Shown here: positions 8,974-18,702 of the stretch, piece after piece
Layout of the letters: each line of letters begins with the position of its first letter
Position numbering within the stretch: the stretch's first letter is position 1
Assembly (NCBI GenBank): GCA_016184365.1
Contig: JACPCW010000079.1
Location: forward strand, 5,661 to 69,660
Direction of reading: 5' to 3'
Source: Candidatus Rokuibacteriota bacterium
GTDB lineage: Bacteria > Methylomirabilota > Methylomirabilia > Rokubacteriales > CSP1-6
Length of the DNA: 64,000 bases
The notes under the pieces: model-generated
Databases searched by the model: none
Told to the model about the DNA's origin: nothing
Seen by the model: the letters and a program-made list of their open reading frames with translations, nothing else
Made by a program: the position numbers and the translations under genes

Positions 8974-10196
8974 CGATCGGGCGGGGCGGGCGAGTCGGGC
9001 GGCGCGCTGGTCTGATTGGCGTCGGGCGCCGATTCGCGGATGTCGAGCATCGTCATGTCGCCGGGCGCGTCGGGCACGAGCTCGAGGCGCGTGATGTGCG
9101 ACATGCGCCGGATCGTCTCGGCGATCTGCTCGATCGCGCGCAGCGCCGGCGTCAGGCGGTGGAGCGACACTTTCTCTTCCGACCGCTGCACGAGCAGCTC
9201 GAGCACGCCGCGGATCACCGTGAGCGGATTGTTGATGTCGTGCGCCGCGCCGTTCGCGAGACTCGCCACCGACCGCAGCGCGTCGGCCTCGCGTCGCGCC
9301 GCTTCCGCGCGCTTGCGGTCGGTGATGTCGAGGATCTGGCCTTCGAAGACGCGTTCGCCGGCGTCGACGAGCGAGGCGACGTTCATGAGGACCGCGACGG
9401 GCCGACCGTCGCCGCGCTTGAGCGTGACTTCGACGTTCGTCACCGCGCCGGTGCGCTCGACCGCGGCCAGCATGACCTCGCGATCCGCCGGCTGCATCCA
9501 GAACTCGCTGGCGCGGCGACCGATCACGTCGTTCGGTGTCGAGAAACCGAGAATGCGCGCGAAGGCGGGGTTGCATTCGCTGACGTCGCCGTCGCGCCGC
9601 GTGCGGAACATGCCGGCGAGGCTGCGCTCGAAGAGACTCCGGTACCGTTGCTCGGTCGCTTCCGCCTCGCGCCGCCGCAGCTCGCTCTGCTCGATCACGC
9701 GCGCGGCGGCGAGCGCGATCGCCGCCCGCCGCGCCACGCTCGTCGCGAGCCGGATCTCGCGGTCCGTCACGCGGTGCGTTTCGTTCCACCAGTAGCTGAC
9801 GAGCGCGCCCTTGAGCCGCGCGTCCTCGACCACCGGCGCGTACAGGAGCGACTGCGGCCGCACGGGGAGCGATTGAATGAACGGGTTTTCGAAGAACGGC
9901 TGATCGCCCGCGGTCGCGGCCGCCTCGTGCCGACCGAGCGCATCGCCGATGAACACCGGCAGGTCACCGATGCGGATGCGCGCCAGCTCGGGACGCCGCA
10001 GCGCTTCCGGCACGCGGTAGCCCGCGACCGCCACCGCGTACTCGTAGGTGTCGTCGATCTGGAAGTACACGGATGTCTCGGCGCCGAGGAGGCGCGTCAC
10101 CTCGCGGGCGGCGCGGCGGGCGATTTCCCGGGGATTGGTGGTGCCGGCGAGCGCCTGGGCGACGGCGAGGAGAACATCGGCCGTGTCGTCCGTCAC
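8943..10196 (-). CDS. GAF-PAS-HisKA sensor protein lacking the HATPase domain
   Basis: GTG start overlaps the upstream stop. GAF region, PAS (RYRSLFE..CNPAF..DITDRKRAE), H-box AHDINNPL, then a short tail. Confidence 0.8.
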   Translation of the reverse strand: MTDDTADVLLAVAQALAGTTNPREIARRAAREVTRLLGAETSVYFQIDDTYEYAVAVAGYRVPEALRRPELARIRIGDLPVFIGDALGRHEAAATAGDQPFFENPFIQSLPVRPQSLLYAPVVEDARLKGALVSYWWNETHRVTDREIRLATSVARRAAIALAAARVIEQSELRRREAEATEQRYRSLFERSLAGMFRTRRDGDVSECNPAFARILGFSTPNDVIGRRASEFWMQPADREVMLAAVERTGAVTNVEVTLKRGDGRPVAVLMNVASLVDAGERVFEGQILDITDRKRAEAARREADALRSVASLANGAAHDINNPLTVIRGVLELLVQRSEEKVSLHRLTPALRAIEQIAETIRRMSHITRLELVPDAPGDMTMLDIRESAPDANQTSAPPDSPAPPDRHGASFDSTP

Positions 10197-11269
10197 CCCG
10201 CGACCTCGACCCAGCCGCCGCGGGTGACCGATGCGCCGACCGCGTCGAGCACGGCCTGCGCGCGCAGGCCGTCCTCCAGCGATGGCGACACGGGTGAGCC
10301 GCGTTCGATGGCGTCGAGGAGCGTCGTGACGAGCGGAGCGATCGTCACGCGGCCGATGATCTCCATCGGATCGCCGCTGACGTCGCCGGTCTCGACCGGC
10401 AGGGGTGCGAGGGCGGCGCTTCCGGACGCCGCGTGCAGTTGGCCGCCCCACCAGCGGGGCGATGCACGCTCGGAGCGGAAGGTGAGCGCGCCGGCGCTTC
10501 CATACGCTTCGACCGTGTGCTCGTTGACGCCGCGCGCGACGCGGCTCACCGTCAGGGTGACTTCGGCGCCGGACTCGAGCTCGCCGAGCACGGTCGCGTA
10601 GTCTTCCGCGTCGGCCGCGCGGCCGCCGCCCGGGATCGTGCGCGACGGGCCGATGCCGACGTGCGCGACGACGCGACGGAACTCGCCGAAGTTCCACCGG
10701 ATCATGTCGATCAGGTGCACGCCCTGGTCGCCCATCGCGCCGTGCCCGGCCTGCGTACGATCCATGCGCCACGTCGGCGCCAGTTTCTCGTCGGCCCAGC
10801 GGCCGCCGAGCCAGCGGCCGCCGACGTGGAACGCGCGGCCGACCGCGCCGTCGCGGACCATCGCGTGGAACCGCTGCATCGCGGGCGTGAACCGCCAGTT
10901 GAAGCCGGTCATCGCGACGCGGCCCGCGTCTTTCGCCGCGTCGACCATCGCCTGGCCCTCGGCGCGCGACATGGCGAGCGGCTTTTCGCACAGCACGTGC
11001 GCCCCCTGCGCGAAGGCGCGGACGGCGATCGGATGGTGCAGGTGAGGCGGCGTGGCGATCACGACGACGTCGGGACGCGTCTGCGCGAGCAGATCTTCCC
11101 AGCGCGTGAACACGCCGGGCACCTGGTAGCGCTGCGCGATCGCGCGCGCCGCCGCTTCGTCGCGCTGACAGACGCCGACGACCCGGCAGCCGCTGGCCTG
11201 GAAGCCCGGAATGTGGGCGCGGCCGTACCCGAGCCCGATGACGCCGACGGTGAAAGCGCGCTGGGACAT
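10193..11269 (-). CDS. Gfo/Idh/MocA family oxidoreductase
   Basis: VGVIGLG, IATPPHLH, HVLCEKPLA, DQGVHLID. Confidence 0.9.
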   Translation of the reverse strand: MSQRAFTVGVIGLGYGRAHIPGFQASGCRVVGVCQRDEAAARAIAQRYQVPGVFTRWEDLLAQTRPDVVVIATPPHLHHPIAVRAFAQGAHVLCEKPLAMSRAEGQAMVDAAKDAGRVAMTGFNWRFTPAMQRFHAMVRDGAVGRAFHVGGRWLGGRWADEKLAPTWRMDRTQAGHGAMGDQGVHLIDMIRWNFGEFRRVVAHVGIGPSRTIPGGGRAADAEDYATVLGELESGAEVTLTVSRVARGVNEHTVEAYGSAGALTFRSERASPRWWGGQLHAASGSAALAPLPVETGDVSGDPMEIIGRVTIAPLVTTLLDAIERGSPVSPSLEDGLRAQAVLDAVGASVTRGGWVEVAG

Positions 11270-11329
11270 TTGAGCCGCCGCATCCTCTCACGGAAGCCGG
11301 GACCCGACAATTCTGATATACCTCGCAGC

Positions 11330-11459
11330 ATGGTTGGGCGAAGCCGCAGCACGGCGCGGAGCCGCAGGCGGAGCGGGTGCGAGGCGAGTCTGTGATGGTT
11401 GGGCGAAGCCGCAGCACGGCGCGGAGCCGCAGGCGGAGCGGGTGCGAGGCGAGTCTGTG
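11330..11459 (+). repeat. Perfect 2 x 65-bp tandem repeat. Each unit is a 21-codon mini-ORF.
   Basis: Units 11330-11394 and 11395-11459 are identical, followed by ATGG at 11460. Confidence 0.92.
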
Positions 11460-12233
11460 ATGGACATCGTCGTGCGCGTGGAGCCGTCCGGCATCGCGAC
11501 CGTCACCCTCGATCGTCCGGCCAAGCGGAACGCGGTGACGCTCGGGATGTGGCGCGAGCTCGCTCGCGTGTTCGAGGGATTCGCGGCGGCGGACGACGTC
11601 CGCGTGGTCATTCTCACCGGCGGCGGCGGGCATTTCTGCGCCGGCGCGGACATCGGGGAGTTCGGCGAGGTGCGCACCGGCGTCGAGGACGGCGCCGCGT
11701 ACGAGCACGCCGTCGACCGGTGCACCGAGGCGATCATGGGCATCGCGAAGCCGACGATCGCCGCGATCGCCGGCTTCTGTGTCGGCGGCGGGTGCGGGCT
11801 CGCGATGGCGTGCGACTTCCGCGTGGCCGACCGCTCCGCGATCTTCGCGATTCCCGCCGCGCGGCTCGGCATCGTCTATGGCACGCCCGACTGTCGCAAT
11901 CTCCTCGGCCTGGTCGGCCTCTCGCGCGCGAAGGAGATTCTCTACACGGCGCGACGGTTCGACGCGACCGACGCGTACCGCATCGGGTTCATCGACCGGC
12001 TCGCCGGCGACCTGGCGCAGGACGTCGGTGATCTCGCGCAGACGCTCGCCGACAACGCGCCGATCTCGATCGCCGGCGCGAAGCTCGTGCTGCAGGCGCT
12101 CGCCGCCGGCGAGGCGGAGCGGCGCGCGCCGGACATCGACGGCATGCTCGACCGCGCGATGGCGAGCGCGGATTATCAGGAGGGCGTGCGCGCGTTCCGC
12201 GAGCGCCGCCGTCCGAAGTTCACCGGCCGCTGA
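11460..12233 (+). CDS. Enoyl-CoA hydratase/isomerase family protein
   Basis: TLDRPAKRNA, FCAGADI, GFCVGGG, DYQEGVRAF. Confidence 0.9.
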   Translation: MDIVVRVEPSGIATVTLDRPAKRNAVTLGMWRELARVFEGFAAADDVRVVILTGGGGHFCAGADIGEFGEVRTGVEDGAAYEHAVDRCTEAIMGIAKPTIAAIAGFCVGGGCGLAMACDFRVADRSAIFAIPAARLGIVYGTPDCRNLLGLVGLSRAKEILYTARRFDATDAYRIGFIDRLAGDLAQDVGDLAQTLADNAPISIAGAKLVLQALAAGEAERRAPDIDGMLDRAMASADYQEGVRAFRERRRPKFTGR

Positions 12234-12238
12234 CGGCC

Positions 12239-12763
12239 GTGGTCCGGATCGCCCTCGCCGTCGTGCTGGTCGTCGCCAGCATCTCTCCGGCCCGGGCCGA
12301 GCGCGGCAACGTCCTCATCACCGGCGAGAGCCTGGGCCGCATCCGGATCGGGGCGACGCGCGACGACGTCTTCCGTGTCTATCGCGATCACCAGATCGTC
12401 GAGGTCGATCTGCGTCGCGGCCGACAGCCATCGCCCGCGCTGCGCATCGTCCGTGAAGGTCGTGCGCTCGTCACGGCGGAGCTCGCCGGCGACGGACGGG
12501 TCCAGCGACTGTCGACGACGAACGCCGTGTTCCACACGCGTGACCGCATCAAGGTCGGCTCGCCGATGCGCCGCGTCCAGTCCGTGTACGGAACGCCCGA
12601 CATCGTGATCCTCGACGGCCGGGTGCTCGCCGTCTATCGCGCCGGCGCCGGGACGATCGGCTTCGAGTTCGACGTGCCGGCGTCGCCGGCGCTGGACCGC
12701 ATTCCGCCGGAGCGCGACGTCACGCGCATCGTCGTGCTCGGGCGGGCGCATCCTGCGTCGTGA
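12239..12763 (+). CDS. Hypothetical secreted protein
   Basis: Signal peptide ending ARA. Operonic position with GTGA overlap downstream. Confidence 0.6.
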   Translation: MVRIALAVVLVVASISPARAERGNVLITGESLGRIRIGATRDDVFRVYRDHQIVEVDLRRGRQPSPALRIVREGRALVTAELAGDGRVQRLSTTNAVFHTRDRIKVGSPMRRVQSVYGTPDIVILDGRVLAVYRAGAGTIGFEFDVPASPALDRIPPERDVTRIVVLGRAHPAS

Positions 12764-14400
12764 GCCGGCCGAGCCACGCGGAGGCGTGCCGTGCGTTTCG
12801 CTGGGCGGACGGCTTCGCCGCGCTCGGATGGACGGCGGACGGCGCCGTGGACCTCGGCGCGACGCTCGTCGATCGTCACATCGGTGCGCCGTCCATCGCG
12901 CTCCGCTGGCGCGGCCGGCAGGGCGAGACGCGCGCGTCGACGTTCGAGGAGCTCGCCGAGGCGAGCAGCCGGTTCGCGCAGCTGCTGGCCGCGCTCGGCG
13001 TGCGCAAGGGCGACCGCGTCGCCGGCCTCCTGCCGCGTGTGCCGGAAACGATCGTCGCGATGATCGGCGCGTGGAAGGCGGGCGCGATCTGGGTGCCGAT
13101 CTTCACGGGCTTCGGACCGGACGCGATCCGCTTCCGCATCGCGCACAGCGGCGCGAGCGTGCTCTGCACGCACCGCGAGTACCGGGCGCAGGTGCCGGCG
13201 GATGTGCCGGCCGACCTCGCCATCGTGACGATCGGCGCCGAGGCGGCCTCCGATATCGACTTCGCGCGCGCGATCGCGTCGCAGCCGTCGGCGACGATCC
13301 GGACGCCGTGCCGCCGCGAGGATCCCGCCGTCCTCCTCTACACGTCCGGCTCCACCGGCCCGCCGAAGGGCGTGCAGATCGCCGCGAATTTCCTGCTCGC
13401 GGTGCATCCATATACGGCGTTCGGTCTCGACCTCCGCCCGGACGACGTCTTCTGGCCGACCGGCGATCCCGGCTGGGGCTACGGGCTGGTCTGTTACATG
13501 ACGGCGCTCGCTCGCGGCGTCGCGGTCGTGTCGCACGAGGCGGCGCCATCGCCCGAATATCTGTTGTCGCAGCTCGTCGAGCAGGGCGTGACGAACCTCG
13601 CCACGACGCCCACGCTGCTCCGCGCCGTCATGGCGCTGGGCGCCGAGACGGCGCGCCGGTACCGCGTGACGCTGCGCTGCGTGTCGTGCTGCGGGGAGCC
13701 GCTCAACGCCGAAGTCGTGAACTTCTTCCGCGCGGAGTGGGGCGTGACGGTGACCGATCACTACGGCTCGAGCGAGTTCGGATTGCCGATCGGCAACGCC
13801 AACGCGCTCGACATGCGGGTGAAGCCGGGCTCGATGGGGCTGCCGTTCCCGGGACTCCGCATGGCCGTCGTCGACGACGAGGGGCGCGAGCTCCCGCCCG
13901 ATGCCGTCGGCCAGATCGGGATGGCGGCGAGCGGGGACGGGTACTACTCGCTCGGCTACTGGCGCGACGCCGGGCGCACGCGCGAGCTGATGCGCGGCGA
14001 CTGGATGACGATCGGCGATCTCGCGCGTCGCGACGCCGACGGCTACTTCTGGTTCGAGGGCCGCGCGGACGACGTGATCACGAGCGCCGGATATCGCATC
14101 GGGCCCTTCGAGGTCGAGAGCGCGATGCTCGAGCATCCGGCCGTGGCGGAGGCCGCCGTCGTCGGCAAGCCGGATCCGATCCGCGGCGAGATCGTGAAGG
14201 CGTTCGTCGTGCTTCGCAGCGGCGTCGCGCCGTCGCCGGCGCTCGAAACCGAAATCGCCGACACGGTGCGCCGGCGCGCCGGCCGCCACCAGGTGCCGCG
14301 CGAGATGGCGATCGTCGACCGGCTGCCGAAGACGGAGACGGGCAAGATCCAGCGTTTCCTGCTGCGGCAGGGGGAGCGCGCGACGGCGGGGCGCCCATGA
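12760..14400 (+). CDS. Acyl-CoA synthetase (AMP-binding)
   Basis: YTSGSTGPPKG, YGSSE, GRADDVI, LPKTETGKIQR. Confidence 0.9.
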   Translation: MSRPSHAEACRAFRWADGFAALGWTADGAVDLGATLVDRHIGAPSIALRWRGRQGETRASTFEELAEASSRFAQLLAALGVRKGDRVAGLLPRVPETIVAMIGAWKAGAIWVPIFTGFGPDAIRFRIAHSGASVLCTHREYRAQVPADVPADLAIVTIGAEAASDIDFARAIASQPSATIRTPCRREDPAVLLYTSGSTGPPKGVQIAANFLLAVHPYTAFGLDLRPDDVFWPTGDPGWGYGLVCYMTALARGVAVVSHEAAPSPEYLLSQLVEQGVTNLATTPTLLRAVMALGAETARRYRVTLRCVSCCGEPLNAEVVNFFRAEWGVTVTDHYGSSEFGLPIGNANALDMRVKPGSMGLPFPGLRMAVVDDEGRELPPDAVGQIGMAASGDGYYSLGYWRDAGRTRELMRGDWMTIGDLARRDADGYFWFEGRADDVITSAGYRIGPFEVESAMLEHPAVAEAAVVGKPDPIRGEIVKAFVVLRSGVAPSPALETEIADTVRRRAGRHQVPREMAIVDRLPKTETGKIQRFLLRQGERATAGRP

Positions 14401-15143
14401 AGCTGCTGCTCGTGAATCCGAACATCTCCACTGACGTCACCGAGGTGATGGCCGCCGAAGCCCGGCGCTCCGCATCGGCGGGGACGGAGATCGTGGCCGC
14501 GACCGCCCGGTTCGGCGCGCTCTACATCGAGAACCGCGTGGAGGCGGCGATTGCTTCGCACGCGGTGCTCGATGCCCTGGCCGAACACGGCGCCGGGGTC
14601 GACGGCGCCATCGTCTCGGCGTTCGGTGATCCCGGGCTCGCCGCCGCGCGCGAGCTCTTCGACATCCCGATCGTCGGGCTGGAGGAGTCCGCGCTGCTGA
14701 TCGCGTGGACGCTCGGGCGGCGGTGCTCGATCGTCGCGATGACCGAGCGGCTCGGGACGTGGTTCCGCGAGGCCGCGCGCGAGCACGGGCTCGACGGCCG
14801 GCTCGTGAGCGTGCGGGCGCTCGCCGCCGGGCCGTCCGACATCGCGCGCGCAAAGGACGAGCTGCGCGACCGCCTGATCGCCGAGGCGTTGAAGGCGGTG
14901 GACGAGGACGGCGCGGAGGTCGTGATCCTCGGCGGCGGACCGATCGCGGGCCTGGCGCGCGAGGCCGCGGACCAGATCCCCGTGCCGACGCTGGACGGCG
15001 TGAGCTGCGCCGTGCGGCTCGCCGAAGCGCTGGTCGGGCTCACGCCGCGACCGCCGGAGCGCGGCAGCTTCGCGCGGCCGCCGGCGAAGCCGGCGCGCGG
15101 CCTGTCATCGCCGCTCGGGAAGCTGATCGATCGCGCGCCGTAG
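14397..15143 (+). CDS. Asp/Glu/hydantoin racemase family protein
   Basis: LLVNPN, AFGDPGL, GAEVVILGG, VPTLDGV. ATGA overlap. Confidence 0.85.
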   Translation: MKLLLVNPNISTDVTEVMAAEARRSASAGTEIVAATARFGALYIENRVEAAIASHAVLDALAEHGAGVDGAIVSAFGDPGLAAARELFDIPIVGLEESALLIAWTLGRRCSIVAMTERLGTWFREAAREHGLDGRLVSVRALAAGPSDIARAKDELRDRLIAEALKAVDEDGAEVVILGGGPIAGLAREAADQIPVPTLDGVSCAVRLAEALVGLTPRPPERGSFARPPAKPARGLSSPLGKLIDRAP

Positions 15144-15368
15144 TCCTGAGCGTTACGACGCGCCGGCTGGTTTCGCGAAGTCGGGAAAGCGCGTTCGGAT
15201 GTACTCGACGTATCTCGTCGTACGGCTTAGGCGTTTGGCGCCGGCGCCGCATTTCCTCAAGCGCCTTGCGGCCAGCGCGATCGTCGATGCGGTCCTCACG
15301 CGCCCGAACGGACGGCTGCTTCGTGGTGAGCCGGGGATTGCGCTTCGCAGCAGGGCGACGGGCGCGAC

Positions 15369-15434
15369 TCATCCGCCCGTGACCTCCCGCACGAGGCCGA
15401 GGATGTCCGCCTCGATCGCCCGGATATCGGCCTC
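15369..15434 (-). pseudogene. Possible 3' remnant of a type I R-M methyltransferase (HsdM-like tail)
   Basis: Reads EADIRAIEADILGLVREVTGG*. The similarity is recalled, not searched. Confidence 0.4.
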
Positions 15435-15562
15435 ACGACGTTCGGCTCTTCGCGGCCGCCTAAGGTAGCACGCGCGGCGGACACGCCATCAGCGCGAACC
15501 CGGAAGATCTCGCCGGCGCATGTCGAGGGACGGATGCTTGCCGACCTGTCGAAGGGTTCCGA

Positions 15563-15613
15563 TAGGACGCTCCCAGCTTCGCGGAGTTCGCGTAGGAAGG
15601 CGGCGCGTTTCAC
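15563..15613 (-). pseudogene. HicA-like toxin N-terminal remnant
   Basis: GTG overlaps the hicB stop. MKRAAFLRELREAGSVL, then similarity is lost and there is no G-x-H motif. Confidence 0.45.
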
Positions 15614-15858
15614 GCACGCCGCTTTGCGCGGCGAGCCGGACCAACGAACAGACGGTATGCGTCCTGGATGTTGCGTCGTAGCTCGGCCCTGGTCCGCCCC
15701 TGACTGATGACGGCGGGCACTTCCCGGAGCTGGCCGACCCACCACCTTCCGTCGTGATGCAGCTCGAGGGTGAACCGCGCGGTGACGTCGACGCGCTGAA
15801 CAACGCGGCGACGCCTCGATGCAGTCGGAGACTTGCCGGGTCGAACGATCGATGCCAT
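15610..15858 (-). CDS. HicB-family antitoxin (short form)
   Basis: FTLELHHDGRWWVGQLREVPAVISQGRTRAELRRNIQDAY. TGcTACGCT lies 7 nt before the ATG. Confidence 0.75.
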   Translation of the reverse strand: MASIVRPGKSPTASRRRRVVQRVDVTARFTLELHHDGRWWVGQLREVPAVISQGRTRAELRRNIQDAYRLFVGPARRAKRRA

Positions 15859-15881
15859 CGCGCGTAGCGTAGCATGCGGCA

Positions 15882-17276
15882 TTACCGCGTCAGCGGCTCG
15901 CCGACCAGGCCCCAGTACGGCAGCGCGATGACCAGCACGACCAGGAACGCGAGCGCCGTCATCCATACCCCGAAGCGAAAGATCTCAGCGGCGGTGAGAT
16001 GTCCGCGCTGGTACACGACCAGCGACGACGCGCTCTGCGCGGGGTAGTAGAGCACCGCGTCGCCCGCCACGGTGACGACGAGCCCGAGCACGAGCGGGTT
16101 CACGCCCGCGCTCTCGCCGAGCGACATCGCGACCGGAATCGTCACGCCGAGGAACCCGGTGATGTTCGGCACGAGAAACCGGATCGCCGCCGACGCGACG
16201 AGCAGCGCGAGCACGATGCCGACCGGACTCGCGCCGTCGCCGGACGGCAACAGCACCCCGGCGAGCCACGCGGCCGCGCCGCTCTGCACGAGCGCGCGCG
16301 CGAGCGACAGCGACGCCCCGATCACGAAGAGGTTCGTCCACCCGACGCCTTCCTCGAAGTCGCGCCAGTCGAGGACGCCGATGCCCGGCGCGAGCAGGAA
16401 CGCCCACGCGATCAGCGCCGGCAGCGCCGGATGCCAGTGGTGGATCGCGTCCGTCAGCCACAGCAGCGAGGCGCCGGCGGTGATCATCGCCGTTCGCAGC
16501 TCGACGGCGCTCATCGGCGTGCGCGGCCCCGTCGGCGCGGCGGCGAGCTCGACGCCGAAGCCGCGGCGGTGCAGCAGATAGATGAGCACGGCGCCAAGCG
16601 TCAGGAGCGCCAGGTACGGCACGCTCATGAGGACGAACCACCGCGTCCACGAGACATTGCCGATGAGCGCCGACGCGACGACGGGCGTGATGCCGCCCGT
16701 CAGCAGGACCGTCGACGCGAGACGATTGATGGAGTTGAGCGCGAGCATGATCGCGCGCGCGAGCGGCGCGCCGCGCGGGACCTCGCCCATCTCGAGCGCG
16801 CGCTCGTAGACGTGCACGAGGATGCCGGTGCGCGTCGTCGCCGACGGCAGCACGAGCGTGAGGAGCGGAAAGCCGAGCAGCAGCTGCCAGTAGAGCGCGC
16901 GCGGCCGGCCGCCGCTGCGCCGGAGGAACACGCCGGCCAGACGCTCGGCGAGCCCGCTGCGCGAGACGGCGAGCCCGATCGTCAGCACGGCGAGCAGGAA
17001 GTACGCGACGGGCTCGGCGAAACCGGTGAGCGCGTCGCGCACGCCCGGGACGGCGCCGGACACCACGAGCGCGACGATGACCACCATGGCGGTCACGCCG
17101 GGCGCGAGCGCTTCGGTCGACCACAGGCCGATCGCGAGCACCACGACGGCGAGCACGCGGTGTCCCGCCGGCGAGAGGCCGGCGGGCGTTGGCGCCATCA
17201 TCACGATGATGCCGACGACGATGAGGCCGATGGTCAGCGCGAGGCGGCGAGCCGGACGGTCGCGGGCGGGCGGCAC
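15882..17276 (-). CDS. SLC13/DASS-family anion transporter
   Basis: Multi-TM protein. LWSTEAL, LVLPSATTR, YYPAQSASSLVVY..G. Confidence 0.82.
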   Translation of the reverse strand: MPPARDRPARRLALTIGLIVVGIIVMMAPTPAGLSPAGHRVLAVVVLAIGLWSTEALAPGVTAMVVIVALVVSGAVPGVRDALTGFAEPVAYFLLAVLTIGLAVSRSGLAERLAGVFLRRSGGRPRALYWQLLLGFPLLTLVLPSATTRTGILVHVYERALEMGEVPRGAPLARAIMLALNSINRLASTVLLTGGITPVVASALIGNVSWTRWFVLMSVPYLALLTLGAVLIYLLHRRGFGVELAAAPTGPRTPMSAVELRTAMITAGASLLWLTDAIHHWHPALPALIAWAFLLAPGIGVLDWRDFEEGVGWTNLFVIGASLSLARALVQSGAAAWLAGVLLPSGDGASPVGIVLALLVASAAIRFLVPNITGFLGVTIPVAMSLGESAGVNPLVLGLVVTVAGDAVLYYPAQSASSLVVYQRGHLTAAEIFRFGVWMTALAFLVVLVIALPYWGLVGEPLTR

Positions 17277-17345
17277 GGCGGGAGCGTACTGCGAGCGCGC
17301 GCGTTCGCGCTATCCTCGCGGCAATTTCCCGAGCTGGAGGGTCCC

Positions 17346-18218
17346 ATGTATGGAGCGCCGCGCGAGCTTCGCACCCGAGTCTTCGCCCGCGTGCCCGGAG
17401 CCAAGCTGCTCGAAGGTCCATCGTTCGACCGGGCCGGCAATCTGTGGGTGACCGACATCCCGAACGGCCGGATCGCGCGGATCTCGCCGTCCGGCGACGT
17501 CACGATCGTCGCCGAGTACGACGGCGAGCCGAACGGTCTCAAGATCCATCGTGACGGGCGCATCTTCATCGCCGATCACAAGCAGGGACTGATGACGCTC
17601 GACGCGAGCAGCGGCAAGGTCTCGGTGGTGCTCGACCGGCCGTACCGCGAGCGGTTCAAGGGGCTGAACGACCTGATCTTCGCGCGGAACGGCGATCTCT
17701 ACTTCACGGACCAGGGCGAGGCGGATCTGCGTGACCAGACCGGACGGCTCTATCGGCTCACGGCGAGCGGACAGCTCGACTGTCTGCTCGATTGCGTCGC
17801 GAGCCCGAACGGCCTCGTGCTGACGCCCGACGAGAAGGTTCTCTTCCTCGCGGTGACGCGGATGAACGCGGTGTGGCGCGTGCCGATCGCCCCGGTCGGC
17901 GTCCACGGCGTCGGCCGGCTCGGGCTGGGCCGCGTCGGCGTGCACGTGTATCTGTCGGGCGGTCTCGGCCCCGACGGGATGGCGATGGACGTCGAGGGCC
18001 GCATCGCCGTCGCGCATCCCGGCTCCGGCAACGTCTGGGTCTTCGACCGGCGCGGCGAGCCGGTATGGCGCATCCGATGCTGCGAGGGCGAGTTCGCGAC
18101 GAACGCCGCCTACGGCGGCGCGGACATGAAGTCGCTCTACATCACGGAGGTCAACAGCGGGACGGTGCAGGTCGTCGAGCTCGACGTGCCCGGGTACCCG
18201 ATGTTCTCACACGCGTGA
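17346..18218 (+). CDS. SMP-30/gluconolactonase/LRE family protein
   Basis: LEGPSFD, PNGL, GLNDL, GPDGMAMD, TNAAYGG. GGAGG RBS. Confidence 0.9.
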   Translation: MYGAPRELRTRVFARVPGAKLLEGPSFDRAGNLWVTDIPNGRIARISPSGDVTIVAEYDGEPNGLKIHRDGRIFIADHKQGLMTLDASSGKVSVVLDRPYRERFKGLNDLIFARNGDLYFTDQGEADLRDQTGRLYRLTASGQLDCLLDCVASPNGLVLTPDEKVLFLAVTRMNAVWRVPIAPVGVHGVGRLGLGRVGVHVYLSGGLGPDGMAMDVEGRIAVAHPGSGNVWVFDRRGEPVWRIRCCEGEFATNAAYGGADMKSLYITEVNSGTVQVVELDVPGYPMFSHA

Positions 18219-18227
18219 CGTCGTGAT

Positions 18228-18587
18228 CTAACGGAACGCCGCCATCGACGGCGCGACGCCGAGAAAGTCCTCGCGCGGCGGCCCGAAGACTTCGATCGTC
18301 TCGGAGTCCTCGAGGAACCGGTTCGCGTACACGACGCCGCCCGGGACGACGCCCATGTCGCCCGGGCCGCAGATCCGCGTCTCGCCGTTCAGCGTGAACT
18401 CGAGCCGTCCCTCGAGGACCCAGAAGATCTGCTCGTGCGGATGGCTGTGCGGCGGCGCGTACGCGCCCGCCTTCACGGACCACCACGTGATCATCGCCTT
18501 GTCGCCGCTCAGCACGCGGCGCGTGATCTTGTCGCTGACCTGTTCTTCCGGCAAGTCGATCAGTCGGTGGAATCCCGGCATCGTCAT
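18228..18587 (-). CDS. Cupin domain protein
   Basis: PPHSHPHEQ..VLEGRL..GD..VPGG. GGAGG RBS. Confidence 0.85.
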   Translation of the reverse strand: MTMPGFHRLIDLPEEQVSDKITRRVLSGDKAMITWWSVKAGAYAPPHSHPHEQIFWVLEGRLEFTLNGETRICGPGDMGVVPGGVVYANRFLEDSETIEVFGPPREDFLGVAPSMAAFR

Positions 18588-18702
18588 GGCGCCTCCGGAG
18601 AAGCCCTGGCTCACGGCTGAGAATACCCCTGCGTCGGCCGACGTCGAACGCTCACGCGGCGCTGCCGGCACGGCCGCGATACCATGCAAGAGGGAGGGAC
18701 GC

